DNA of 63,930 nucleotides, the filler included, from Reticulomyxa filosa (Eukaryota; Protista; Foraminifera): assembly GCA_000512085.1 (NCBI GenBank). It is 24 parts of 24 records of this genome, joined end to end, with 100 filler letters (N's around TTAATTAATTAA, not from the genome) between each part and the next. Parts side by side here need not be neighbours in the genome. Positions count along the whole stretch, not along the records: positions 10,148 to 13,715 come from ASPP01007742.1; positions 13,816 to 16,176 come from ASPP01004019.1; positions 16,277 to 17,462 come from ASPP01004085.1; positions 17,563 to 19,623 come from ASPP01042483.1; positions 19,724 to 20,747 come from ASPP01010685.1; positions 20,848 to 21,850 come from ASPP01027405.1; positions 21,951 to 23,392 come from ASPP01000397.1; positions 23,493 to 27,273 come from ASPP01000216.1; 16 more parts are not named here. One strand, 5' to 3'. The notes under the pieces are model-generated. The model did no database searches. It was not told the DNA's origin and saw only the letters and a program-made list of their open reading frames with translations. Made by a program: the position numbers and the translations under genes. Below, one piece after another: positions 12,094 to 24,673 of the stretch (its first letter is position 1; every line of letters begins with the position of its first letter).

Positions 12094-12223
12094 TGTAGTG
12101 ACACTACCTACGTCACAATGGGTCAGTATGACTCCGAATATTTACTTTTCTTTTTAATTTAATTTAACAAAATTCATTTTCACTTTTCTTAAAAACGTGC
12201 TTTCCCGCTCCAGATTCTTTACA
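12094..12223 (-). repeat. Dispersed ~125-bp element, copy 1 (reverse complement of 24317-24441)
   Basis: TGTAGTGACACTACCTACGTCACAATGGGTCAGTATGACTCC...CCGCTCCAGATT aligns by eye along its whole length to the reverse complement of 24317-24441. Confidence 0.88.
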
Positions 12224-13234
12224 ACAGCTACTCTTTTTTGCCTTTTTTTAACAGTCCCGCGCAAAATAAGCAAAAGATAAGCTGCAATGACTACTTTATT
12301 TCTTGTGGCGGTGGTCATTATAACTTATATATTGTCATGAGTTGAGCTAATCTCATTTTTTATTTAGATTAATTTTTCCACAAGCCTTCATTTCACATGT
12401 CAGCTTTTTTTGCATTAAATAATACCAGCAATCAGATCATCTGTTGCACTTGAATACATAATTCCGTCAAACAAAAAATTAATTGTTTACAAAATAAACC
12501 ATATATAATTTTATTTGACGAGCGAAAATAATTGCCAAGTTTAAAAGATATTTCTATATTGAAATCAAACATACAAAAAGAAAGTTTAGTAATGCTATTT
12601 GAACGCTTACAAAGAAAGTTAAAGTGACACAATATCTAAATATAAGTTTTTTATATCAGAAATATTTGTAATATAACTTTTTTCAATTAAAGCTTTCTTT
12701 GAAGGTTCTTACATACGTTGTCGTATCTTCCAATGTAACTGTCAAAGAGACTATATAATACTGTCATCTTACCCCGTGGAATTTGAGCTTCCTGCTCATT
12801 TTTTTTTGACATTGGAATTTTTTTTAACATTTTTATCAAGTGTTGTTACATAAAATGTGTTTGAAATAATTTGATTAACACCCATTGTCTGTTGAATAGT
12901 TGAATTTACTAGTGTGTTCATTTGTTTTTAGCGATTTCGTGTTTTTTCCAACTTTTTCCAAAAAACAGAAAGTGTTGAATTTTAAGTGTTAATTTGATTA
13001 TTTCTTGAACAAAGGTGTTCATTTGCGTGGTGTGCTTGTTTTTTTTTCCCAATAAAAAAAAGGGTAAAACAAAACAAAAGGTTGACTTTTCTTTTTCGTT
13101 TTTTTGGTGAGTTGTCCCTTTTTTATTTATTTATTGCTGTTGTTGTTATTGAAAAGGTAATACGAGAATTTTAACATTAAGGAGGGGAGCAAGAGAAAAA
13201 AAAACTCAAAAAAAAAAAACAACAATAAAAATAA

Positions 13235-13693
13235 ATGCCTCGAATTGGAGGATGTGGAAGTGTGATTGACGTGCAGTTGTATGCATTGCATTCGAAAATA
13301 CATCGTCGAAGAAAAAGACATTTGAATCGTCAATATTTGAAAAAAGAACATCCAAGCAATAACAACAATAATACCAATAACAACAGCAACAACAATAACA
13401 ACAATAACAACAATAACAATAACAACAATTATAATAGCAACAGTAACAACGACAATAGCAATAATAACAGTAATAATAGCACTAACAATCCAAATGGACA
13501 TAATTACCATTATCATCGACATGGATATGGACTAACCACTGATCATTACCTTGATTACCATCGTCAACTACCAAGTGATCGACAAGACATATATTGGACC
13601 GAAGATTATTCACTTGCTAGTGCCAATGGAGTCACGGATGATGGTTTTTATTTAAAACGGCGTGTCACATTGAAGACCCTCAAAACTGATTCT
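13235..13693 (+). CDS. Poly-Asn low-complexity hypothetical protein, 5' exon
   Basis: ATG-initiated ORF with an (AAC/AAT)n tract at ~13359-13490; truncated by the contig end. Confidence 0.5.
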
Positions 13694-16356
13694 GTTTGTT
13701 TTTTTTTTTTTTTTTNNNNNNNNNNNNNNNNNNNNNNNNNNNNNNNNNNNNNNNNNNNNTTAATTAATTAANNNNNNNNNNNNNNNNNNNNNNNNNNNNN
13801 NNNNNNNNNNNNNNNATGATATACAATGGACGTCAGGGTTTCCACCACAAGTTTTGAAACATTAAAAAAAAAAATTCTAACTCCTCTTTTTTTGAACTAG
13901 AGACAGTTCGACTATAAATTTTTTTTTTAAAAAAAAAAAGGTCAAAAATAATGGACACTGTTGCTGTGGTGTCATGATTCGCACCCAATTCAAAAATTTT
14001 TTTGCTGAATTGGAAATTTTGGAAACCTTTTTCGTACATTTGAATTCCCTGTGCTTGTCAGATGAATATGGCACGTATGGGACTTTTAAGGCATGTTTTA
14101 CGCCGGAGTCGTCATGGACGAACTGCGGAGAAATATAACAGATCATTCATCATGCTGTGTACGGAGTGGACAGCAGGCAAGCCACTTTCTTGATAGAGCG
14201 CTATGCGCAATAAGGACCCCTTCAGGCTTGGAGCGATGCTAGAACGTTAAAACTGATGTGTACATCAATCATTATTGAGGCTGTTCGGACTTGTGGCAAC
14301 ATCTTCAAAAGTATTGGCGAAAGTGAACTGAAACACATTTGGGGTCCAAATTTCATGAATAAAAAAAACATTTACATCTTTTATGTTTTTCTTTCGTTGC
14401 TTTATAACTTTTTCAATTATTTTCCAAAACACTTTTTTTTTTTTTTTCAAACTAACTTGAAATTTTTGAAGGTTATATTGATTGTGATACAAAAAGCTCT
14501 TTTCTTTTTCTTCCTCGCTATTGTCTTTACCATCTTGTCCCTTTCTGTTATACGTATTCTTCTTGTCTTCTACCCATTACTCGAAGTCTTTTTTGTTAGG
14601 AATATTTCACACAGTCTTCTACGCTTTCTTTTAGATTTAAAATATTAAAGTTACGATGATTATAATTTGAACAAGATTCAAGTGAGCTGGAGGAGGACAA
14701 ATTATATTTAAATGAAAATCAAAAGACAAAAAACAAAAGTTTTTCAGTCAAAAAATTTAAAGCAAGTGTCAAAAACTTGCAAATCAAAAATGACATACAT
14801 TTGGCGTTGTTCGCACTTCGCTTCGCCCTTCTCACTGGCATCGCAACCATCACAACCACTTTTCAATTTCTCGATAGAAAGATGTTGTATTCTCTGGAGA
14901 TCTATTTTATATACGTGAATAATGATCATACATGTTTCAATCAAATTTAAAGAAACATTATAACTTGGAATATAGATTGCACATATAATCATTATAATCT
15001 TCAGTTCACCACTTTCAATTATCCATCATGAGCTACATTACACGATATGAACTTCCGATTTTTTTCCCAAACTACGTTATTTAAAATGCAATACCGTGCT
15101 TATATTTGAAGCACGCCATCACTAATTGATATTTGTTCAATGATGAACAAATAAATTTATTGGAAAAATGACAGATGCGTGCGTTATAGTGCAGCTTCCA
15201 TGATTCGACGATATATTGTGTGTTCCAGCAGCAGCAATTCGATCATGAGGCTGCCAATTTTACTTTCATTTACTGCAATCATCGATATTGCTACTGCCAT
15301 TGCTGTTACTGTTGTTATCATCGCTGGGAACTCACCGCAGCACCAATGACAATGTATACAGCAAAAATATATCTATCCGGATTCCAAAACTTTGCTGATA
15401 CGCTTTGGAATATCTATTAAAATATTTCAAGCAATACATATCACATAAAAAAAAATAATAAACGAATATGTACACATATAATAAAGAAATGTATAAACTT
15501 TTTCAATCAATGAACCCAAACACAATGATAACGACAGTTAGCAGGAACTTGGAACAGGCGCACATAAATGGCCAGCCAAGCCCATGTGGAAAGGAGAGGA
15601 GATCGATTGCTGACATAGAGTATGTTCATATATCCATCCAGCGGCCCAGCACCACAAAGATATTGCCAATATCCAAATTTTTTCTTGACAAATAATGGGA
15701 GGTTTTCAAATCGTCGAGCCAACTATTGACTGGCACGACGTTCTTGCTTTTTGTTACAACACTAGCTCTCTCGCGCACATCAAATTAAATCGTGGAATAT
15801 ATAGTAGTAGTACCCAAATATTGTCACACACACACACACACACACACGCCAGCCCAATGTATCGAACAATTGACAAATGAGTAAGCAATAACATGGACTG
15901 CGTTTTGTCGTCGTTATTAAAAGCATCACTGGCGCTACGCTTGACATTGTTACACCAAGCAAGAAGCTTTAATTGGGTGCGCACTATGTAAGATTAGTCC
16001 ATGCATAAGAGTGCGAAGACCAATTTCATAAAGAGACTAAAGTTGGCAGACTGTCTTCTTTTCTTTTTAAAACAAATCCAACGCAGTTCCTCGGAATTTT
16101 CTTTCTATTGGATCATCATCCCCCCTATCTTCTTCTCCTTCTTCTTGTTTGCCAGTGATGTCGACTTGAGTTTCGCNNNNNNNNNNNNNNNNNNNNNNNN
16201 NNNNNNNNNNNNNNNNNNNNTTAATTAATTAANNNNNNNNNNNNNNNNNNNNNNNNNNNNNNNNNNNNNNNNNNNNGTTATTTTTTTTTATTTGTCTGTT
16301 AAAAAAAATGGACGCATTAATTTAAGCAAAAAAAAAAAGTTTTGTTGCTAAAAAAC

Positions 16357-16713
16357 TTGTTGTATTGTTGAGAAGTCATGAAACCCTCCAATGGAGAAAA
16401 TGCTCCGTTCAACAAGAGCTCAACATCACATGTGTGTCTATGGCTCAAATGTAGTGAGTACATATCCCCAAAAGTCGATTTTTTCCACAATTCTTTGTAT
16501 TCTACTGTCTCCTTTTTCAGTAGCAAGTTCACCAATTTTCCATCCGCTGTTCCATGAGCGGGCAGTGAAAAGTGTCTCACTTTTGTCTGTTTGGCGCAAG
16601 TCCCGTCCACCCAACCACTCTTTTTTTTTTTGCTTAGCCACCAAAACAAAATTTCGTTGACTGCTTACTTTGAATAGAGTTGATCTTCGATTAAGTGCAC
16701 ATATAAATTGCAT
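16357..16713 (-). CDS. sat: ATP sulfurylase (sulfate adenylyltransferase), N-terminal part with probable targeting presequence
   Basis: SLPAHGTADGKLVNLL...LSHRHTCDVELLLNGAFSPLEGFM is the sat/MET3 N-terminal signature. It is preceded by MQFICALNRRSTLFK|...KVRHFS. Confidence 0.88.
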
Positions 16714-19700
16714 CGTTGAAACTGTTGTTCAATGATGTCCAGTTTAAATGAAACAAAAAAGAAGGGAAGGAGTTTGGAAAGAGATTCAAATGAGATTGAG
16801 ATTTTGACTTTTTCTCAAAAAAAAAAACAAGACAATTAACTGTTGCTTTGTGTTTCACTAACGTTGTAGGTTTTCAAATAATAAAGTTACAGAGCAGAAA
16901 CAAAAAGGAAATTTGTGGCAAAGATCCATAAGTAGAATCACATTCTTTATGTCGTTCGTACAGAACTGTTGACTTCAAAAAAATTTAGAAAGAAAATCTG
17001 GGAACCCTTTTGGGAATAAATCCTTTGCAATAATGTCTGTCATGACAGTGGAAAGGCGCAGAAACAAGCAAGGCAAGAGAAAGAAGAGAGAGAAACATAG
17101 GGCTAGAGAGACCAAAAAAAATATGTCCTTGTAATGATATCATCCAGCGAACCTCAAACTAGAAGGACGTTAACACATCAAAAAAAAAAAAAAAGGTGTT
17201 GTAGCAATATTTTCTCCATCGAACCCGGTGTCGGTGGTGACATCAAATCCAGCACCAAGTGCAGTGGGCGCAGTGATAGGAACACAAATCTTCAACAGCG
17301 CAGCAAGCGCGGCGGAGGTGGTGAACGACACAGTGCGCGTGGGAAGTTACACGGCGGCGATAGCAACAGGTTGTCAATGCGTAGCAGACACGTATCGTTG
17401 GGCGACAGGATCCATTGGCGTTGGTGAGTTGGGACGAAGGACCGTACGCAACACCACCGTCANNNNNNNNNNNNNNNNNNNNNNNNNNNNNNNNNNNNNN
17501 NNNNNNTTAATTAATTAANNNNNNNNNNNNNNNNNNNNNNNNNNNNNNNNNNNNNNNNNNNNTTTACGATTCATTGATGTGTTTGTATGCTGACTCCCAA
17601 AAATGACTATAATCGTGTTTTTTGTTGTTGTTTGATTGTTTTTTTTTTATGACTGATGAAAATCTTATCTGTGGTTGCAAACAATGCTTTGCCTACCACA
17701 AGAGTGGAAACCTTGCATCTTGGGGATTGTGTTTTTTTGTAAGGTAATTTTTTTTTCAATGAGTGGGGGCCATGTAATGTCCATCCATTTGGGCTTAACA
17801 ATGGCAAATTATTTAACAAATTATTTGACTGCACATGTAACACCAAATGAGAAGCGTTCTTTTTTTCATTTTCAAATTTTTATTATAAAAAAAGCATGAC
17901 AACATTTATTATGACATTGCAATGAAATGGAATGAATTGCGGCATCTATGTATGTCATTTGTCAATAACAACAAAATCTTGTCTTCTGATAAATGTTATA
18001 TACTGTTGAACATAAGATATAATAAGATCATGATATTATCTCTTTTTAAATTGACAAAGCAACTATTGAAATATGAACTTCAATCAATTTGCTTGCAAAC
18101 TACAGCGGAATGCAAAATAAAGTTGACCTAAAAAGGCACCTTATAGATAATTGATTTTCTATATGAAAAAATAACATTCAGACCTAATTTTTTTGGAAAT
18201 ATCTACAAATCATGTACTTTTTAATATTATTTTGGTTTTTTATTAAATCTTTCATAATTATTTCAATATTTTATACTTTATTTTTCTTTTTTTAGCTAAA
18301 TGTAGTTCGATATTTAATTATTTTTTTGAAATTGCTAAAGCATTGAGAATTTTAGCAAAAAACATACTGTTGAGCTGTTGAATCAGTGCTGGAGTTTGCG
18401 CAAAGTTGCAAAAAAATTTTGTGTAAGTCAGGAATGTGCGTAAATGGAATCTGACGTTCATGATAAAAACATCAAAAATTGGTAGTTGAAGCATAATAGT
18501 TGACTATTATTTAGTCTTGTTATTAATTTGACATAAATTTTGTTCGATGGAATAATGCGATATTTTTAGCGTTTTTTGTCTAGTGTTCGTAAACGTGTTT
18601 TCTCCATACCTAGTGCATGAATTAATTCATATTCCATGCACAGTCAATTTTAATGCAATAAAAAAAATAACTATAATTTATTCGCTTCTCCTGTTTCTTC
18701 ATCCAAGTTAAAATATCAGTAAATAAAAAAAATTATTTTTGATCCAAAATTAACAATTTATCTATTTGTTTATGATTTCTTGTAATGTACAACACGATGA
18801 GCTTTGTTTGAAATGATAGATTGTACTAAGTGGAGTAATTCCAAATCACCATCTACTTTGGGGAATCAACTCGACACTGATTTGGATTTGCGATGGGTGG
18901 GTAGATCATCGTGACAACAGTTTTGTTTTTTTTTTCAAATCAGGAGCCCAGCAAAATGCCAACACAGCTTCCCAACATCGTCTCCAGCTAGGCAGCCAAT
19001 CCGATAGTTAATACGAGAGTAAATTGCAATCTCAGCAAAGAACCCGACTGATGATTATTGCCAATCAAGTAAGTGAATGTGATGAAATACATCTTCTTTT
19101 TTATGATTTTAGTAAATTTAAACGATTTAATATAGCAGCAATATTGATGATAAGCCAAAATACAACACATCGCTCTATCAAATTATATCAAGTATGTACT
19201 CTTTCTTTTTTTCCCACAAATTTATCACACGATAATCTTTTTGTGAAATGTACAAAATATGGCACCTCCAACAACAAGGCCAATCACAAGATTACTAACT
19301 CGGAGGCCTTCAATCCTTCATTCAATAGGGTTCAATTCTACAACTGCTTGGAAGACGCACAGATCCACAGAGTGATTCATTTTACTCATTTTCACGACAC
19401 CTTTACGAACATTACCCGCTAGCTTTGGCGTTTTTTGCTTCTTGTCTCGACCTTTTATCACGGTCACCGTTGGTAACTCCCATGACATTGAATTTTCTGT
19501 CATGTACCCCCCCCTCTTTATTCATTGATCAATCCCAAAATAATCATTTCCTTTGCCGTCAGGAGAACACCAAGAATGTGAAGCTTGCCAGAAACAAATT
19601 TGGTCTTCCATTGGAGCAAATGCNNNNNNNNNNNNNNNNNNNNNNNNNNNNNNNNNNNNNNNNNNNNTTAATTAATTAANNNNNNNNNNNNNNNNNNNNN

Positions 19701-19874
19701 NNNNNNNNNNNNNNNNNNNNNNNTCCCAAACCGATAAACGCAATTTTGTTCTGCAATAACACTGACATATATTTGTCTTAAATGAATGACACACTGCGCA
19801 GTACTGTACAAATTTATGCTACTAATAGCAAAAATACGTAGCGAAAAAGACGCCAAACCGGATTGGGAGCAAAC

Positions 19875-20387
19875 ATGGCCAACGTGCATCATTTCGAAGT
19901 GCAAAACGCACAGGGACAAGCGCTGGATTTATCGCGCTATCGGGATAAGGTCCTGTTAATCGTCAACACCGCCAGCCGCTGCGGCTTCACACCGCAATAT
20001 CAGGATCTGGAAGCTTTATACCAACAATACCATGCTCGTGGTTTGGAAATTCTGGCGTTCCCCTGCAATCAATTTGGCAGTCAGGAACCCGGTAATAACG
20101 ATGACATCCAACAATTTTGTCAGCTTAACTATGGTGTCAGTTTCCCGGTAATGGCTAAAATCAACGTCAACGGCCCGGATGCTGAACCGTTATTTGAGTA
20201 TTTAAAAGATCAGGCGCGCGGGCTGATGAAAACCCGGGCAATTAAGTGGAACTTCACCAAGTTTTTGGTGAACAAAGATGGTGTGGTGGTGAAACGCTAT
20301 GCCCCACGCACCCGGCCAAATCAATTTATCGATGCCATTGAAGCAGAGCTGGCGCTGTTACCCACTGCCCTGGCAGCTTCGGCGTAA
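19875..20387 (+). CDS. gpx: Bacterial Cys-type glutathione peroxidase (BtuE/Gpx family)
   Basis: VLLIVNTASRCGFTPQY, LAFPCNQFGSQEPG and IKWNFTKFLV. GGAG ribosome-binding site just upstream of ATG 19875. No introns; the contig is GC-richer. Confidence 0.95.
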   Translation: MANVHHFEVQNAQGQALDLSRYRDKVLLIVNTASRCGFTPQYQDLEALYQQYHARGLEILAFPCNQFGSQEPGNNDDIQQFCQLNYGVSFPVMAKINVNGPDAEPLFEYLKDQARGLMKTRAIKWNFTKFLVNKDGVVVKRYAPRTRPNQFIDAIEAELALLPTALAASA

Positions 20388-20425
20388 TCGACAAAACAAC
20401 GACCAGGCTTTTAATGGAACCGTCC

Positions 20426-20747
20426 ATGCGCACCACCATCACCGTTTATAGCAGCCAGCCTTACGACGAGCAGTATTTACTAAAAGCCGCTGGCGACTTT
20501 AACTGGCATTTTGTCGCGGCGCCCTTAAGTGCAGATACCGTTGAACTGGCCCGTGGCAGCGATGCCGTCTGTATTTTTGTCAACGACCGGCTGACCAGCT
20601 TGTGTTAACCCGGCTGGCAGAGCTTGGTGTAAGAATCATTGCGCTGCGTTGTGCAGGTTTTAATAATGTAGATATCGCCGCAGCCAAAACAGCCGGCATT
20701 CAGGTTGCACGGGTACCGGCTTATTCGCCGGAAGCGGTTGCCGAGCA
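20426..20747 (+). CDS. ldhA: Bacterial D-lactate dehydrogenase (2-hydroxyacid DH), 5' part, with one apparent 1-nt deletion near 20593
   Basis: AVCIFVND and IALRCAGFNNVD...VARVPAYSPEAVAE are LdhA motifs split over two frames. Restoring one G (CTG GAC CAG CTT GTG TTA ACC) fuses them. Confidence 0.88.
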
Positions 20748-20847
20748 NNNNNNNNNNNNNNNNNNNNNNNNNNNNNNNNNNNNNNNNNNNNTTAATTAAT
20801 TAANNNNNNNNNNNNNNNNNNNNNNNNNNNNNNNNNNNNNNNNNNNN

Positions 20848-21614
20848 GTTGGCATTGGCTCCTTGTGATGTCAATAAGCTGAAATGTGGGATATCTTTCC
20901 CCCAATCCCCAATTTGTACGTAATATTTTTGCACATACATAAATGCTCCCCCCCAAAAAAAAAAACCGATACAAAACAAAACTTGCATTTTTGGAAACAG
21001 TTGCAATATCTCTAACCATGTCAAAATCAATTTTTTTAAAATTTTGGGCTGTTCCTGCTGTACTTCGTGTTGTTCCCAACACACAGAACGTGACATCGTG
21101 TTTTTCAAATAGCTTTTGTTCGTCTGCAATTTTAGTCATGTCTATGCTATGTTGTGTTAGTTTGCTTGCTTGTTCTTCACTTATTTCATCTTCCTTTTTT
21201 ATATTCAAGTCTTTTTGCATCTTGCTTATATCCAATTCACGACGCCCAAATGCGGTCACTTTTTTCCACTTTGGTGATTTCAACAAATGGTACACTAAGT
21301 ATTGCCCTGTTGCACCTTTTTATTTGTTTCCATTTACGGTCCCTTTTTGTGACATTTAAAAAAAAAAAAGATGGAATAGAAGTGGGACCCTTTTGTAAAA
21401 AAAAAAAAAAGAAAATAATGTCCGTTTGCTTTCGGAGTCTTTACCTGTTCCTCCAACCACAACCGCTGATAGGCCTTCTTCTTTTTCATCTGTCACATGC
21501 TTGCGCAATGGTTCTGGGGCTTTCTGTTTTTATGTTCCAATTTTGTTGTTCGTCACCAAAACAAACGTAGGCGACAAAAACACATTTCACCTGCTCACTA
21601 CTACGGTTGCCCAT
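20848..21614 (-). CDS. HTATIP2: TIP30/HTATIP2 (CC3)-like NAD(P)-binding oxidoreductase, multi-exon, 3' truncated
   Basis: MGNRSSEQ|...SAVVVGGTG|ATGQYLV...VTAFGRR...HDVTFCVLGTTR...FKKIDFD...|IPHFSLLTSQGAN are the TIP30 family motifs. Confidence 0.85.
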
Positions 21615-22004
21615 CTTCAAAAACTTTTTTCAAGGAGAGGTGAGAAGCAAAAGAAAAATCTAATCACAAGATTGTTATTTCGTAAAGGGTCTTAAAAAAA
21701 AAAGTGAACCAAGTTGCCACACCAAGAGAAAACGGAAGCAGTCCGTTATTGAAATGCAAAAAAAAAACGGATTATAGATTATTGTGTTTCTCCATGAAAA
21801 AACAACATTTAATCAAAATTTTTTTTAAAAAAAATCTACGAATCTTGTAGNNNNNNNNNNNNNNNNNNNNNNNNNNNNNNNNNNNNNNNNNNNNTTAATT
21901 AATTAANNNNNNNNNNNNNNNNNNNNNNNNNNNNNNNNNNNNNNNNNNNNAATTTTTTGACGAGGTGCTTCGTTTAACTTGGAAAGGAAACTTTTAAATA
22001 AAAA

Positions 22005-22260
22005 AAAAAATCACAATCAGATGCTTAAGAATGGTGGTAATGCAATAATTGATTCATTGATATTCCTATTTGGATGGAGTTTTCGAATGGGTTACATGCC
22101 AATTGCATGGAAAAGGGCAAACATTGTGCCTAAGCCTGACAGAGATCGATAATCCAAGACATATGATGCCCCGATATTTCCTATCTAACCTGATGGAAGC
22201 GCAATCATTTGAGAAGATTGTCATGCATTCATTGACAATTAGTGAACGCAAGATCATTTG
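22005..22260 (+). mobile_element. Degenerate non-LTR (LINE) retrotransposon reverse-transcriptase fragment
   Basis: Frameshifted pieces HNQMLKNGGNAIIDSLIFLF, GYMPIAWKRANIVPKP and SFEKIV follow the order of the LINE RT N-terminal motifs (P..WK.A.I.PIPK...K.FEKI). Stops are present. Confidence 0.7.
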
Positions 22261-24316
22261 TCGGTTCATCCACGCGACTATTATAAATAATAACACAAAA
22301 AATGTAGAAACAAAAAACAACAATCTCAAAACGTTGTTGATGAGAAATTACAGCAAAAAATAAAGAGCATACAAAAATGAAATTTTGGACCAAATACAGC
22401 ACTAAAACTAGACAGATAACATTCCAAAAACACATACCATTCCAATACGCAATTTTGCATGTTGTTCATTTGCTTGATCCGCAGCTTGTAATGTATGTGG
22501 ATGACGGATTGCCACTTCTTCGAACGATAAATTGTTCAATCACATGACATTCATTCTCCAATTCGATTGTATATCAGCAATATCTTCTTCAGGACCAAAA
22601 CCATTCTTTCGTCTTGTATTCGCTATCTGATACATGACAAATGATGTGTTTATCGGATCCTGCTGCATTAAAACATCAACTTGTTAGCCTTTGTGATTGT
22701 GGATGTATATGTTTATTGTTTTCCAATATTTTTTCGAAGATCTTGTGACAATTTGGTTGGAATCTTTTGATTTACGACAATGTTCGATCGATCTGCAAAT
22801 GTGAATACAGCTGTTGGAAGCTTTTCCACTTTTTGTTTTGCTTGGTTATCTTAAGATATCTTGATCTTGATGTACCTTAAAGTTTTCACTTAAAACATGC
22901 CAGATCATCAGTTCTCCAATTACTAATCAACGGAAGAATAGAGTATGAACACAATGTAATATCAATATTTGATGTCGCATTGTCTTTCATGAATGTGCAG
23001 TAGGCGATGTATTGATAATATGTAAAAAAAAAAAAATAATAACGCTTAGAGGAAAGGGCAACATGTCCGACTACATTCCTCAATGGCGACACGGAGGAAA
23101 AGATGAGCATTTGACATGCGCGAATAACCGGAGACTTCGAGCGCAACAACGAAAGTATCTCAACACGAGCGGAGAATCCGCGCGAAAATATTGCTCGGAA
23201 GCCTTCGGCTTCCGAGCGTCAAAAAAGCCCTCAAACACAAAATATGTATTGTTTTGTGTTTCGAACATTCGAAACATCAAATACTTGCCAAACAGGCTTT
23301 ATGAATTAATATTAGTCCGTGGGACTTTAATGACTAAATAGTATCAAGTGCAATTTGATTGTTTTTTTATTTCATTGGTTTGTTTTGAATTGNNNNNNNN
23401 NNNNNNNNNNNNNNNNNNNNNNNNNNNNNNNNNNNNTTAATTAATTAANNNNNNNNNNNNNNNNNNNNNNNNNNNNNNNNNNNNNNNNNNNNGGTCTGAA
23501 TGTTGTTTTTTCATGTAGAAAATCAATTATCTCTATAAGGTGACGTTTTAGTTGTCAATTTTACTTTGCATTGTACTGTAATTGATTTTTAAGCTTTGAC
23601 AAAGTCAATATCTTTATACATTTGTATATACAATATTACTTTAAATTATTATGTTATTTTTTTCTATAATGATTAATTTCTTGTATATTCATCTTGTAGT
23701 TGATAATTTTCAATAATTATTTTCCAATTATAAATATCACAAACTAAATATTCAAAAAATTTACCCCTTTTATCTATAATATTTATGTAATAATCTCAAA
23801 TTATACTAATACATATTAACATAATTTTTTCTCAAATTAAACAAATTCACAAATGTACTTTCAAAAATTTTTTCTTAGTATAAAAACTTTGTTAAAAAAA
23901 ATTGAATACTTGGCCAAAAAATAAACTTCATATCTTGAAAGACGCTTGGTTCTCTTGCTTAGATCAACATAATTCCATTCCAAAAAAAAAAATTTCTCTA
24001 AGTTGAAATAAATATGAAAGTTAGTTTTTTTCTTTGAAACTCCACGACCCGTTGCACGGCGGCTTAAGTCATAATATTCACTTATTGAAAAAGAAATATT
24101 TGTCGTCTGAGTTTTAGAACAAAAAAAGCTTGCTTAAAATGATATCTTATAGAGATAATTAATTTTCTTCATAAAAAAAACAGAATGATCAAAACAACAA
24201 CGAAAATACACAAAAGGAAAGAATTTTATTGAAGAAAAGAATTCGGGATCCCCTTGGACATAACCAATATACGTATGCTTGTCCTACAAGAGCTCAATTT
24301 ACTGCATTTAACTAAC

Positions 24317-24441
24317 TGTAAAATCTGGAGCGGAAAAGTACGTTTTTAAGAAAGTGAAAATGAATTTTGAAATTAAATTAAAAAGAAAATTGAAATATTT
24401 GGAGTCATACTAATCCATTGTGACGAAGTAGTGTCACTACA
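24317..24441 (+). repeat. Dispersed ~125-bp element, copy 2, ~230 bp upstream of cystathionine gamma-lyase
   Basis: TGTAAAATCTGGAGCGGAAAAGTACG...GGAGTCATACTAATCCATTGTGACGAAGTAGTGTCACTACA, homologous to 12094-12223. Confidence 0.88.
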
Positions 24442-24673
24442 TAACACATTTTCTCACAGTGTAAATAAACTATGTTTTTCATTTTAGTAATAGTCAGTTT
24501 TATAACATGAAGAATACTAACATTGTTGGCATCCGAGCATATGCCCAAGTTCTATCTTTGTGGTGTAAATATATAGTATTTTTGTTTAAAGACAATCTAA
24601 GTTTAAAGTTTAAATTTCTTTAGTTTTTGTTGAAGATAGCTTGATTTGTCTTTGCATTACTCAAATATTTGAG

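Noticed and set aside
13816-16176. Several 60-130 aa ORFs, possibly decayed genes
   Set aside because: No recognisable motif or consistent spliced model could be built by eye.
18830-18880. NHHLLWG resembling the LINE endonuclease GDFNAHH.LWG motif
   Set aside because: Too short, GDFN is absent, and no supporting neighbouring motifs were found.
20585-20610. Programmed ribosomal frameshift in ldhA (and in the L,D-transpeptidase)
   Set aside because: No slippery heptamer or stimulatory structure seen; single-base homopolymer errors explain the shifts.
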